From contig OZ240248.1 of assembly GCA_965198235.1 (NCBI GenBank), forward strand, positions 960,001 through 1,024,000: DNA of 64,000 nt, read 5' to 3'. Within the stretch, counting starts at the first letter, position 1, and every line of letters begins with the position of its first letter. The notes beneath the pieces are model-generated. The model made no database searches and was not told where the DNA came from. It was given only the letters and a program-made list of their open reading frames with translations. Source of the DNA: Candidatus Poribacteria bacterium (GTDB taxonomy: Bacteria > Poribacteria > WGA-4E > WGA-3G). A program made the translations under genes and the position numbers. Of this stretch, positions 27,301 to 35,953 are shown one piece after another.

Positions 27301-28073
27301 CTACCGAATCGTATCGGCAACTTGCCTCTGGGCTATCAATGTTAGAAATCTATTCGCTTGCGGACGATGCAAAGGAACGGACGAACTCTCGGCGTAGCAA
27401 TCGCTATACAGTACGTAGCTCGGTAGACCCGTGGAATTGGGCATCTTTCGGAACAAACGTCAGCACTTCCGATAGTTTCCGGAAAAGTTCAGGTACAACC
27501 TACATACAGAACACCAATGCCTACGGAGCCGACGTAAAACTGAAAGCGCGAGAAACTTCCAGTTTCCAACTTCGCTATAGTTATACAACACGAAATAACG
27601 GGAGGCTGGATGCTATACTCGGTGACAGCAAAGCACACACGCCTTCACTCAGTTGGATACAGACATGGGGTAAAGAGACTCGGACAGCGTTGGGTGTACG
27701 TACGACACTTCGAGACCAGCTACGGAGCGGTATTCAGAGCAACGCGCTCATCGTCACTCCAAACTTGAGTATTGACTACAGATACCGTACAGAAAATGGC
27801 ATACGGATACCGTTTTTCGGTAGAATCCCCCTGAAACACGATCTCGAGTTAACCAATACTCTCTCTTGGGCTATCCGAAGAGAGCAGTACGGCGCGAACC
27901 TCGAGGAGCGTTCAGAAAGGTATGAGACGACCTTGCGCATCGGTTACAAAGTCAGCACCCATATTACAGCGAATTTCCATCTCGGCCTCAGCTACAACCA
28001 TGATAGGGTTGAAGAGGGTAGAGATTTCCTCTCCATCGCGACTGCCCTCACCGTCCGCGGCGAAATCCAATAA
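21354..28073 (+). CDS. sprA: SprA/Sov-like large outer-membrane translocon (type IX secretion-like)
   Basis: 2239 aa; SprA-like order of motifs: QQFGLHGRVG..IAVDY, KIKIWYEG..ESIIKTISFGDITLSLP..LFGL..RLTAFGSRSKG, YSLGNRNI, SETVRLNGQVLTRDTDY, ALIDSMEG, DYSERSFVEIW, LNLGVVNED, WVNEIHL; amphipathic beta-strand C-terminal third; start uncertain. Confidence 0.8.
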   Translation: MQIHFLSKFVDQLTLIKRQNLLLKTGIILIIVLCSTSEVVVSRIAEEETEPKKQTPTEPATPDNRSTVPDSGEPTTPPKNQRYTGFGLSTRNPFDNDSKSKHFIWQDEQEQIEVPDQAEAEDLLIQPYLDSLRRWRNPPYLTDLSKLYNWKPKPKRDEKGIALPMDSNLRITGLQSVTVEANKTHYFGEGDLNRYGGYGYGGGYGGYSSGLDLGLTSSYGYEDFGYSSSGFGGGGYGSGYGSGYSSYGSGYGSSYGGYSGGYGSGGAPRATGFNLRQIQQFGLHGRVGKRTHIAVDYSAGGSGFGSGGYGGGYGGYGGGYGGGYGIGGTKEQKIKIWYEGTPESIIKTISFGDITLSLPNTRFLNINRNLFGLEGVFEWKNTRLTAFGSRSKGIREVRTFRGQSRRAGGGYGYGPRGIQIPDINYVKNRFYHIHTDEDRFLHDAYLPIKSGSEQIFIDDGVVGNNQGGKRTSRGYFNPQFSGQDYNIDYETGEIEFLSPISANYTIVVAYEYLGDGGGTVGNTEKVFVDENDDGRLDEEGEEIGYVVLKEKGLRGTEATHVYSLGNRNINPRDFTLTLLRQGQSDTFQTNTRSVPYIEIFELDQNSDGIVDAQFIDYDRGLLRFPTTNPFQIVDPSHPYYAYRDSLSNTDIYLEGVRTDAQIYTIIADYAYQSETYNVGLFVIPDSETVRLNGQVLTRDTDYMMLYEVGTIRFFRQLDEFDEIVVEFEKTPFGGSSQQAVAGVWLEYTHKPKSKSEREQSLEDRFNRLGGIQTMDSDMLGEGTDAFGQGLSGGLQRRSRGFGGSSRRGRGGFGGGFGGSRFGGGYGSYSSLGGRSRSYSGSYGGAMNYFNPVFQKGFSLSTGYILNTGQKPAEVPDVNSVPNRLQAFNINTSFGREFNVAGILNLLPFINIRNLPLSLDFSGEAAYSHNNPNSIGVALIDSMEGAKESTTVPTLKYNWKPSSLPHVSESEPTTPGDAAYRVIPTDENRAIFNVVLKDKNETEAIGNYMRNRDVPASSIQPLSLSTEERLIMELGYNFTDVVAEWGGLSNGLSASGVDYSERSFVEIWMRVQGDDNVTLHLNLGVVNEDVDADERLDSEDLPETLTDTNGDRSIDALDLDLENLSHIDRYRGNGALDTGEDVGWGLNGPLERTSIGVGNQILDSEDLNGDGVLDSIDAYFEVAIPLNEIPKEWVKSKNANGWMFLSIPLSKFTPAGSRLPSLVFVQHFRFWLSKNGPGNVEGLLQWADIEIVGNKWKQGIITRSSSQPTIESIIDNPALASTGETLSTSTIVEDTLEKFIVGTRDNFSYDAYQSAYLDIEDNELFKKLHPFTATSLGFQTQQQREQTLSLEYYLFPGSYGVTSKQLKGLTQSEGQDFSKHDTLRFWLYGDKSDTTFVLQLAPTVRTGYRSSFYSSDPFVNQTQQEQNINVFENLTDYYEYTVPIDFEGWKLIEIDLQDLRRNNYPDVKETDSTLPSAESVVAETNGGEVAINTTSESADDAPDGQPDGFTIRGGNSTRLSIKNIGGILLGIRNDTGREISGEIWVNEIHLGDPLVRAGWARRGNMAVSLGRIAKLRGGYASQDKDFESGAGEVGRQRLSSRGYSTTNNDFNIDADVTLFPWLPIRYGVRHQNTETESQRGSYSSFQSGKSEIRTRDISVQFTQNPYPNLGFAYNYQDFWNERQGTQISHLYTGSFRYELGSKLGVNAQYRHEDILAKPETATETSSTSTSYYSYGYGRNRDEKTDSGTITFNISPTNIFSLNPSYDVRRTLERREEQDSRSPLAGNITTEPETPESEEEKTAEDVKWSIAQREHRLSLTPRLNRDLLGMRPTVTSRMSFRENWFREQKNASLNGNVSLGVNLRIQKWFGWFLREKTPETENDSNESQDGTAPPSESSPIESLKGGEGTEITEQLRENGIDETQIQELEENSSTWIERDKGELPSAGTETGNSGTQEGAVPEVKDGILHRILKSFTVSTNANFTATESYRQLASGLSMLEIYSLADDAKERTNSRRSNRYTVRSSVDPWNWASFGTNVSTSDSFRKSSGTTYIQNTNAYGADVKLKARETSSFQLRYSYTTRNNGRLDAILGDSKAHTPSLSWIQTWGKETRTALGVRTTLRDQLRSGIQSNALIVTPNLSIDYRYRTENGIRIPFFGRIPLKHDLELTNTLSWAIRREQYGANLEERSERYETTLRIGYKVSTHITANFHLGLSYNHDRVEEGRDFLSIATALTVRGEIQ

Positions 28074-28161
28074 ACAAAAGCCTAAGATTACCCTGAGAAC
28101 CCGCCCATCCAAACAAGTGTAGAAAAAAATTGGAAAGAAAAGCAATTTATGATATAGTGGT

Positions 28162-28379
28162 TTTAACCCTCAACTCGCTCTGATTAGATTTGTTTAAGGC
28201 ACGAGTTGAGGGTTAAAGTTATCAGTCGTCAGTTAAGAGGTTTTTTGTGACAATTCACGATGCTTTGGAGTACTCCAAGAATGTAAAGCAAAGACAAATT
28301 TTGCCGCGTATGGGCAAAATTTGGGTAGATTGTTACAAACCGCTCTTAACTGATAACCGATAGCCGATAACTGAAAACT
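28162..28379. repeat. Family D hairpin plus family C repeat carrying the nested mini-insert (~28281-28321)
   Basis: TTTAACCCTCAACTCG...CGAGTTGAGGGTTAAA; TACTCCAAGA[insert]TGGGTAGATTGTTACA; CTCTTAACTGATAACCGATAGCCGATAAC. Confidence 0.8.
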
Positions 28380-28396
28380 ATAAAAAAAGGAAAAGC

Positions 28397-31315
28397 ATGA
28401 GAGGCAACAATACAGATATACCTCGCCCAGAATATCCGCGTCCAGATTTTCAACGCGGAACATCAGAAGGCATCGATTGGATCTGTCTGAATGGCACATG
28501 GGAATTCGCTTTTGACCCTGGCGATACCGGCGAACAAAATCAATGGTTTGCCCTGGAGCCAATCGTTGATTCCCCATGGACATTGCAAATACAGGTTCCC
28601 TATCCTTGGGAAAGCCTTGCGGCATGGGGCGGCGAAGAACAAGCGGATAACGCAACCTACTTGAGCAGAAACGCCTATATCACACCTGAAGCGGTCACCT
28701 GCGGCGGTTTAGAACGTGGTGGAAATTATCGGGACGAGCCGAGACACACAATCGGTTGGTATCGCAAAACGGTCTCTATCCCTGAGAATTGGGGTGATAG
28801 ACGAGTTATTTTGAAGTTCGGTGCTGTCGATTGGGAAACGACCATCTGGGTGAATGGTCAAATAATCGGTAAGCATGAAAACGGGTATCTACCGTTTGAA
28901 TTTGACATCACAGACACACTCACACCCGGGCAACTTGCATGCATCGTCGTTCGAGCTTACGACGCACAGGACCACGGCGAGCAACTCGCGGGCAAACAGA
29001 TAGGTTGGTATGAACGAACCAGCGGTATCTGGCAGTCTGTCTACTTAGAACCCAGAAACGAAACCCACATCGCGCAGTGCCACATAACACCTGACATTGA
29101 CAACGCTTCTGCTACATTCGCCGTTAAGGTAGACGGATACACAGAAAATACAGGACTCAACCTACGTTGGAATTGCGACGGACGCAATGGTTCGGTTGAA
29201 GTTTCTGGCAGTGACACACAATTTACAGTTACTATCCCTCCAGAACAACTCCGCTTGTGGGACGTAGACACCCCAAATCTCTACGATGTGACGCTCGAAT
29301 TGCTGATGGAAAATACTCCGGACGCACCCCACACCGGTAGGAGCGATCTCCCGACTGAGGAAAGTTCTTCTAAAATCGCACAAGATCCGAACACTGCGCG
29401 ACCTAACCAGAAACCTGCCCGTAATGTAATGGAGGGCAGCCCAGGGGCCCATAATTTAAAAATTGATAGGATTTTCACTTACTTCGGAATGCGGAAAGTT
29501 TCTATAGCGAAAGCCCCCGGTGGAGATTATCAGTATATCTACCTTAACAACCGTCCTATCTATCTGCTTGGCGCGCTCAATCAGTCGTTTAACCCAGAAG
29601 GCGTGTACACGTTTTTGACAGATGAAGCGATTCGCAGGGACGTCGAACGCGCAAAAGAATTCGGATTCAACTTTCTCCGCCTCCACATCAAGGTAGATGA
29701 GCCGCGGCTCTATTACTGGGCTGACAAGTTGGGTTTGCTCTTTATGTGCGACATCCCGAATTTTGGCGACTATACGGAGAAAGCGAAGGCACGATTTGAG
29801 CAAACACTTCGCGGGAACATTGCGCGTGACTACAATCATCCGTCGATCATCTCATGGTGCAATTTTAACGAAACTTGGGGACTCGGTGGCAGGGAGTACA
29901 AAGAGATGCACGAACGGCAAGAATGGGTGCGCGAGATGTATTACCTTGCCAAATCTCTTGACACCACCCGCCTCATTGAGGACAACTCGCCCTGTTTGTA
30001 CGACCACGTAGAAACAGACATCAACTCGTGGCACTTCTACATCAACGATTATGAACGCGCGAAAGAACATATCGCCAACGTTGTGGAAGAAACATACCCC
30101 AGTTCAGCGTTCAATTACGCTGGTGGTAATGTCCAGAGCGATGCGCCACTGATTAATAGCGAATACGGTGGTATCTCAGCAGGCGCGGGCGATAAGGATG
30201 TCTCATGGTGTTTCAAATACCTTACCAACGAACTCCGCCTCCATCCGAAAATTTGCGGTTACGTCTATACCGAGTTGCAGGATATCGAGTGGGAACACAA
30301 CGGTTTCATGAACTACGACCGGTCGATAAAGGCATTCGGATACGACTACCTCGATATTAATACCTTAGATTTTATCGCTATTGATTATCCGCCTGGGACA
30401 ACAGTTACACCGGGTGAGAAGATAAAGGCTGATATCTACACGAGCCATTTCTCACACAAAACCATCACAGGTGCAACACTGCACTGGCAACTGGATACGA
30501 TGTCAGCGACTGGAGATATCACACGTGGATGCGTTTCAGGAAGCGTTGATATTCCATTTCCACAGTACCAAGTGCAAAACGTGCATCAGCTTGAACTTAC
30601 CATGCCTGATGTTCACCCCGCGCTCGGTACACTCCACGTCTGGGTAACAGATGGCACCGGTTCTGTTGTCGCCCGTAATTTCATCAACTTCGAGCATTTC
30701 ATTGAAACTAATCCAACAGTTGAATCAAGCGATTCAAGGTTAGTTCGCATCAACTACGCCCCTGGAAACGCGTCCAAATCGTCTTGGGCTCTTGTAGGAG
30801 GGGGGGAAACGCCCTATCAAAAACACTCCGATTCCCGATTTTTGAACGAACATCTGTTTTCCGCAGAGGGAAGTGGTTACGTTGAATATGAGATACGCAA
30901 GCCTATAGAGGCTTGCGGGACAATGCCAGAAGGGATCGGTACAACAAATTCCGCAGAGATGGAATTGATTTTTGAAGCATCCAGCGCAAACGGCGGTGCA
31001 CGTCAAACGGAACCTGAAAAACATCCATCTGATGTGACGATCTCTGTCAACGGTGTTGAAATCGAGACGATCCGCATTTCCGACTGTCCGGCGGATGCGC
31101 GCGGTGTGCTCTCTTATATCCACGGGCAGCCTGGCAACTACGGTTACCTTTACAGGGTCAAAGTTGACCCATCTCTCGTTTTGAATGGAAAAGCAGACAC
31201 ATTAACAGTCCGCTACGAGGTCAAATCCGACGCTGCCGAGACAGGCGGACTTTCACTCTATGGCGCGCGTATGGGCAGATACCCGACTGGACCCCATCTG
31301 CTCATTCATCTTTAA
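28397..31315 (+). CDS. Glycoside hydrolase family 2 protein
   Basis: PRPEYPRPDF, LNGTWEF, LKFGAVDW, SGIWQSVYLE, GFNFLRLHIKV, NHPSIISWCNFNETWG, NSEYGG, GYVYTELQDIEWEHNG. Confidence 0.92.
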   Translation: MRGNNTDIPRPEYPRPDFQRGTSEGIDWICLNGTWEFAFDPGDTGEQNQWFALEPIVDSPWTLQIQVPYPWESLAAWGGEEQADNATYLSRNAYITPEAVTCGGLERGGNYRDEPRHTIGWYRKTVSIPENWGDRRVILKFGAVDWETTIWVNGQIIGKHENGYLPFEFDITDTLTPGQLACIVVRAYDAQDHGEQLAGKQIGWYERTSGIWQSVYLEPRNETHIAQCHITPDIDNASATFAVKVDGYTENTGLNLRWNCDGRNGSVEVSGSDTQFTVTIPPEQLRLWDVDTPNLYDVTLELLMENTPDAPHTGRSDLPTEESSSKIAQDPNTARPNQKPARNVMEGSPGAHNLKIDRIFTYFGMRKVSIAKAPGGDYQYIYLNNRPIYLLGALNQSFNPEGVYTFLTDEAIRRDVERAKEFGFNFLRLHIKVDEPRLYYWADKLGLLFMCDIPNFGDYTEKAKARFEQTLRGNIARDYNHPSIISWCNFNETWGLGGREYKEMHERQEWVREMYYLAKSLDTTRLIEDNSPCLYDHVETDINSWHFYINDYERAKEHIANVVEETYPSSAFNYAGGNVQSDAPLINSEYGGISAGAGDKDVSWCFKYLTNELRLHPKICGYVYTELQDIEWEHNGFMNYDRSIKAFGYDYLDINTLDFIAIDYPPGTTVTPGEKIKADIYTSHFSHKTITGATLHWQLDTMSATGDITRGCVSGSVDIPFPQYQVQNVHQLELTMPDVHPALGTLHVWVTDGTGSVVARNFINFEHFIETNPTVESSDSRLVRINYAPGNASKSSWALVGGGETPYQKHSDSRFLNEHLFSAEGSGYVEYEIRKPIEACGTMPEGIGTTNSAEMELIFEASSANGGARQTEPEKHPSDVTISVNGVEIETIRISDCPADARGVLSYIHGQPGNYGYLYRVKVDPSLVLNGKADTLTVRYEVKSDAAETGGLSLYGARMGRYPTGPHLLIHL
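29404..29462 (-). repeat. Family B repeat in frame inside the GH2 gene
   Basis: AACCAGAAAC-CTGCCC-GTAATGTAATGGA-GGGCAG-CCCAGGGGCCCATAATTTAAAAA encodes NQKPARNVMEGSPGAHNLK. Confidence 0.85.
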
Positions 31316-31520
31316 CAGTTATCGGTTCAGTTCTACACCTAAAGCGGATTCCCGAATTAACCTGAAACCGGTTTCTCGTAATGTAATGGAGTACAGCTCA
31401 GATTCAATACATTAAAATTAGACAAAAGCACGTAGCTTGGAACGTAGTGGAAAGCGGGTCTACGAACAGGCACGTCAAACCCCTAAACCCGCTCAACGAA
31501 CCGCAAGGAATAATTAAAAA

Positions 31521-32630
31521 ATGGCAAGTCCTGAATTTGTATTCACACGTTATTCCAATTTGGAAATTTCTTGGCCCTTCGTACACGAACGGATGGTCAG
31601 TCGATTAGAAGAATTAGGTGTAACACTCGTTCTCAACACAAATAGTCGAGACCCTATTCACGAACAGGTCGACTTAAGCGAAACCATCGGAATATCCCAC
31701 TTCGGTGGAAACCTGACCGAAGCATGTATCGCGGCAGCCCCAAAACTGAAAGTACTCGGAGCGATGACCGACAATTCTGGACACGGTATCCCGTATAAAG
31801 CACTTCAGGCACGTGGCATCCCAGTGATCGAATCGACACGAGCGTGGTCGCAATCTGTAGCAGAATGCGCTTTCGGTCTCGCGCTGTCTTCGCTGCGCCG
31901 GACAGCACAATGGCACCTGCGGATGGCACAAGGCGAAAAACTGTGGGATTGGGAAAACCCGATGTGGGGTTCGCTAAACGCACGTGAAAGCGGTGCCCCC
32001 TTGGATAAACTCCCTGCCGCACAGCAGTTCTGTGACGACCCCGATTTCGTCAACGGCGATCTCGGCACAAAAAACATAGGTGTTATCGGACTCGGGCAAA
32101 TTGGCGGAAAAATCGCAAAATGGTGCAGGGTCTTCGGGGCGACGGTGATGGGTTTCGATCCGTATGTTCCGGACGAACTTCTCCAAGAATGGAACGTGCA
32201 ACGCGCTGACATGGACACGCTCGCTGATAGCTCGGATATCGTTTTTGTGGCGGTTCCACCGACACCTTCAGCCAAACATCTGTTGAATCGAGAACGTATC
32301 TATCACTTACGGAAAGGTAGTTTGGTTGTCGTGATTACACGCGCCTTTGCCGTTGATATGGACGCATTACGAGAACGCATCGTGAAAGACGAACTCGCAG
32401 GGGCATTCGATGTTTACGATAACGAACCGGTTCCCGTTGACGATGAATTACGCAATCGGGACAACGTTGTTCACACACCGCATATCGCAGGCAGAACGGA
32501 AGATTCCAATTTACGCGTAGCAGATATGACAGTGGACGATTTTGTGCGGGTACTAAAGAGCGAGACACCCATCGGTGCTTTGACACCAAAAGCAGTTGAG
32601 GTGAGAACTTCACCGACCCCAGATCTTTAA
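31521..32630 (+). CDS. D-isomer-specific 2-hydroxyacid dehydrogenase family
   Basis: SVAE, GVIGLGQIG, FDPY, TRA, AFDVYDNEP, HTPHIAG. Confidence 0.9.
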   Translation: MASPEFVFTRYSNLEISWPFVHERMVSRLEELGVTLVLNTNSRDPIHEQVDLSETIGISHFGGNLTEACIAAAPKLKVLGAMTDNSGHGIPYKALQARGIPVIESTRAWSQSVAECAFGLALSSLRRTAQWHLRMAQGEKLWDWENPMWGSLNARESGAPLDKLPAAQQFCDDPDFVNGDLGTKNIGVIGLGQIGGKIAKWCRVFGATVMGFDPYVPDELLQEWNVQRADMDTLADSSDIVFVAVPPTPSAKHLLNRERIYHLRKGSLVVVITRAFAVDMDALRERIVKDELAGAFDVYDNEPVPVDDELRNRDNVVHTPHIAGRTEDSNLRVADMTVDDFVRVLKSETPIGALTPKAVEVRTSPTPDL

Positions 32631-32982
32631 TTATTAAGTTTCTGCTCTGCCCTCCACTTCGTTTCGGGCAGGTTTTTGGTCCAGTTCACGCGGGGTTGGT
32701 CCTTTCTCGTCTTTAAGGCAGTTGGAATTAACCAGAAGCCGGGACCCCGCCTGTTACTGGAGAGGGGTGCGAAACGCTTTTCTAACGATGGGCCTCTGAG
32801 TTGCCCTCCAAATGTAACGCATTCTCGCTACAAAGCAAAATTACGCCATTTAAGGCATAATTTCGTTTCGGGCAGGTTTTCGGTGCAATCCACACGGAGT
32901 GGGTTCGCCGAAACCCGCTCGTACTTAACCAGACACCATCGTGAAACGAAGTGGAACGATGACCAAATGTAACAGTTTAAAA
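32626..32982. repeat. Cluster of three family B repeats, one with the nested insert at 32811-32860
   Basis: CTGCCC/GGGCAG, TTGCCC/GGGCAG and reverse CATCGT/ACGATG stems around TCCA..TTC loops. Confidence 0.8.
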
Positions 32983-34065
32983 TATCAAAATCTCGTTCGT
33001 TCAGACATCGCGGATATGGCACCGTATACGCCGATTGTTCCTTTCGATGTCTTGAGTAAACGCCTTGGTATTCCTGTTGAAGACATCATAAAACTTGATG
33101 CGAACGAGAACCCCTACGGTCCCTCTCCCTCCGTCTATCGAGCACTTGCCAATGAAAAGGATTACCACATATATCCAGACCCGGATAGCACTGCGCTCCG
33201 CCAAGCACTGAGTCGGTACACAGGCATTGATGCAACGCATATCATCGCCGGACAGGGCGCAGATGAACTGATTGATCTTATAGTTCGACTGTTCGTCACC
33301 CCTGGAGACGCGGTTATCAATTGTCCTCCAACATTTGGAATGTACCGTTTCGACACGGAACTTAACGGGGGAAAAATTATTGATGTCGAACGAAAAGCAG
33401 ATTTTTCCTTAGACACTGAATCAATAGTTGAAATTGCCTCCAGTGGCAGAAACGCCAAAATCCTCTTTATCACAAGCCCGAACAATCCTGACGGTAGTGT
33501 CCTCAGTGATGCATGTCTTCGGCAACTGCTTCAATTACCACTAATTGTTGTATTAGATGAAGCCTATATCGAATTCGCCGGGGGCAGCCGTGCAGACTGG
33601 GTTTTAGAACATGAAAATCTGATTGTGCTTCGGACGTTTAGTAAGTGGGCAGGACTTGCAGGGTTGCGGGTAGGCTATGGTGTCTTTCCGCACTGGATAA
33701 TTTCGCACCTGTTGAAGATTAAGCAGCCATACAATGTAAACGTCGCCGGGTCAACCGCGGCATTAGCTTCGCTGTCAGACGTACGTCAACTCCAGGAAAA
33801 TATCAGGAAAATTGTGGAGGAGCGTGAACGACTCTATCCAGCCTTGCGAAATTTTGACTTCTTAGATCCTTATCCGAGTGAGGCGAATTTCATTCTGTCA
33901 AGGGTTGTTGGAAGAGACGCGGCGGGATTGAAAGCGGCGTTAGCTGAGCGAGGCATTCTCATCCGATATTTTAACACACCACGCTTACAAGACCACGTCC
34001 GGATCAGCGTTGGTAAGCCGTCGCAGACATCCGTCCTCCTGGACGCACTCGCAACGTTGGCGTAA
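32959..34065 (+). CDS. hisC: Histidinol-phosphate aminotransferase
   Basis: KLDANENPYG, YPD, GADELI, SPNNPDG, DEAYIEF, RTFSKWAGLAGLRVGY, RISVG; start uncertain (lies in a repeat). Confidence 0.93.
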   Translation: MTKCNSLKYQNLVRSDIADMAPYTPIVPFDVLSKRLGIPVEDIIKLDANENPYGPSPSVYRALANEKDYHIYPDPDSTALRQALSRYTGIDATHIIAGQGADELIDLIVRLFVTPGDAVINCPPTFGMYRFDTELNGGKIIDVERKADFSLDTESIVEIASSGRNAKILFITSPNNPDGSVLSDACLRQLLQLPLIVVLDEAYIEFAGGSRADWVLEHENLIVLRTFSKWAGLAGLRVGYGVFPHWIISHLLKIKQPYNVNVAGSTAALASLSDVRQLQENIRKIVEERERLYPALRNFDFLDPYPSEANFILSRVVGRDAAGLKAALAERGILIRYFNTPRLQDHVRISVGKPSQTSVLLDALATLA

Positions 34066-34152
34066 TTGTGGGGGAATACTCGCCGTTTTTGGTTTGCCTC
34101 ACAAAGAGAGTAGGAAGACAACCTACTCCTGGCTAAAATTGAGTGCCACGGA

Positions 34153-35439
34153 CTACGCGTTGTAGGGTTCCAAGACTTCTTCTACAGAGCGGCTATTTGG
34201 AAACCATCCGACGATTTTCTGTAATACCTCGTCCAGCAACACATCAGGGCAAGAGGCACCAGCCGTCAACACAATGTCAGTCGGTAAAGAGGTCTCTGGT
34301 GAAGGGACACCGTCTTGCTGACCGCTGACCGCTGACTGCTGACTGCTTCTTGGAAAAAGCCAGTCCTTTGTGGTCTTCACCTGTTTTGTTTCCAACTCAA
34401 GGTGTCGAATCTCTTTAGGGTCCAGTAGTTCGTCTGCATCTCGGATGAAATATGTAGGGAGACGTTGTTGACAAAGCTCCACAAGATGGCTTGTATTGGA
34501 TGAATTATAGCCCCCGACGACCACTGCAATGTCACCACCATCAGCAATGAGTGCGAGCGTTGCGTCTTGGTTTTCCTTAGTGGCATAACAGAGCGTGTCT
34601 CTCGTATCCGCGAAATGTGCCGATATCTCAGTGTCCCCGTCCGTCGTCCTGATCGCTTCCCGTAGTAAATCGGCAATTGCCTGTGTTTCGGTAGCAAGCA
34701 TCGTTGTTTGGTTGACAACACCTATGCGCTTGAGGTGGACAGTGGGATCAAAACCGGGAGAGAATCGGTCTGCAAACTTTTCAAAGAAGAACGCGGTATC
34801 TTTTTCACCCGATATCACTTTTGCTAAAGCTTGTGCTTCCGAAAGGTCACGAACGACGACGACAGGCGCGCCTGCTTGTGCATGGGAAAACGTCGCCCGG
34901 GTTTCTTCATGATAGCGTTTTCCGTGAATTACGACCGTGTAATCCTGCTTTCCGATTTCCTCACTCCGCCGCCAAACTTTTTCAACGAACGGACACGTCG
35001 TGTTATAGGCTGTGAGGGTAACGCCGCGCGCTTTGAGAGCCTGTTCTACTTCAAGGGTTGTCCCAAAAGCAGGAACGATGACAACATCGTCAGGCATTAA
35101 AATATCGAAAGGGAGGAGTGGGGTCCCGGCGGTATCCATTAGGAACTCGACACCTCGGTGTTTCAGGTTTTCGTTGACTCGCGGGTTGTGAATAATTTCG
35201 GATAGTAGAAAGATACGCTTATCCGGATTTTCTGCTAACGCCTGATATGCAATTTCAATCGCATTTTCAACACCGTAGCAGAACCCAAAATGACGAGCGA
35301 TTTTAAAGCGGACAGGTCCGAAATCCAATAAGGTTGGCGAAAGATCTCGCTTTCGGGCATCAGTTTCGCGACGGGCATGCTTAACGACAGAGATAACCGG
35401 ACTATGATAGAAGTGAGGGAGTTTAAAAGTTCGGGGCAT
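34153..35439 (-). CDS. ispH: 4-hydroxy-3-methylbut-2-enyl diphosphate reductase
   Basis: FGFCYGVENA, IIHNPRV, TTCPFVEKV, HEET, NQTTML, DTLCYATKENQ, GGYNSSNTSHL, TAGASCPD. Confidence 0.96.
   Translation of the reverse strand: MPRTFKLPHFYHSPVISVVKHARRETDARKRDLSPTLLDFGPVRFKIARHFGFCYGVENAIEIAYQALAENPDKRIFLLSEIIHNPRVNENLKHRGVEFLMDTAGTPLLPFDILMPDDVVIVPAFGTTLEVEQALKARGVTLTAYNTTCPFVEKVWRRSEEIGKQDYTVVIHGKRYHEETRATFSHAQAGAPVVVVRDLSEAQALAKVISGEKDTAFFFEKFADRFSPGFDPTVHLKRIGVVNQTTMLATETQAIADLLREAIRTTDGDTEISAHFADTRDTLCYATKENQDATLALIADGGDIAVVVGGYNSSNTSHLVELCQQRLPTYFIRDADELLDPKEIRHLELETKQVKTTKDWLFPRSSQQSAVSGQQDGVPSPETSLPTDIVLTAGASCPDVLLDEVLQKIVGWFPNSRSVEEVLEPYNA
34276..34347. repeat. Family C repeat in frame inside ispH
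   Basis: GTCAGTCGGTAAAGAGG...GCTGACCGCTGACCGCTGACTGCTGACTGCT encodes SSQQSAVSGQQDGVPSPETSLPTD. Confidence 0.8.
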
Positions 35440-35500
35440 TTTTTTAACTATGGGGCTTCTGGGCGTTTCTCCATTACATTCCGAAACGGTGGACGGTTAA
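35440..35500. repeat. Family B repeat abutting the ispH start
   Basis: TTTTTTAACTATGGGGCTTCTGGG-CGTTTC-TCCATTACATTCC-GAAACG. Confidence 0.8.
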
Positions 35501-35649
35501 GTCCGCGGTGTTTGGAGATCGGAACGGTTTTCAGAGAGAGATTCAAACGGCAACGGATACCATCGCAGATACGGATAATTGTCGTTACGGGCCACCGTCA
35601 CAACATCCGACCGCTCCCCTTAATGCGAAGCATGCCATAAAGTCCTTCT

Positions 35650-35784
35650 TTAGGCACTCAGGACTTTTCGTCCCTTCGCGCGGCGGCGCGCAATAGTTTG
35701 CCTTCCATGCCGCGTGGACATCCGTTTCCGGAAACCCATCTTATTTTTCCGTTTCCGACGATGCGGTTGATATGTGCGTTTCAT
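35650..35784 (-). CDS. rpmH: 50S ribosomal protein L34
   Basis: [44 protein letters not shown]; GAGG SD. Confidence 0.97.
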   Translation of the reverse strand: MKRTYQPHRRKRKNKMGFRKRMSTRHGRQTIARRRAKGRKVLSA

Positions 35785-35953
35785 GTTTTTAATTTTCCTC
35801 GCGGTTCGGTCAGGACAGTAGGAGGTTTGAGGAACCTCGCCGTATATCTGAAGAAACACCCAAGCAAAAACCCTTCCACTTCGTTTCAGGCTTCGCACTT
35901 AGGGTTAATCGTTAAAGAAATGTTTTTGCCAGAATGATGTTACGCTTGGCTTT

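Noticed and set aside
28233-28655. 140-aa minus-strand ORF
   Set aside because: Antisense to GH2 plus translated family C repeat (FQLSAIGYQL).
35500-35649. rnpA, yidD or an ncRNA downstream of rpmH
   Set aside because: Too short; only tiny ORFs and no recognisable motif or structure.
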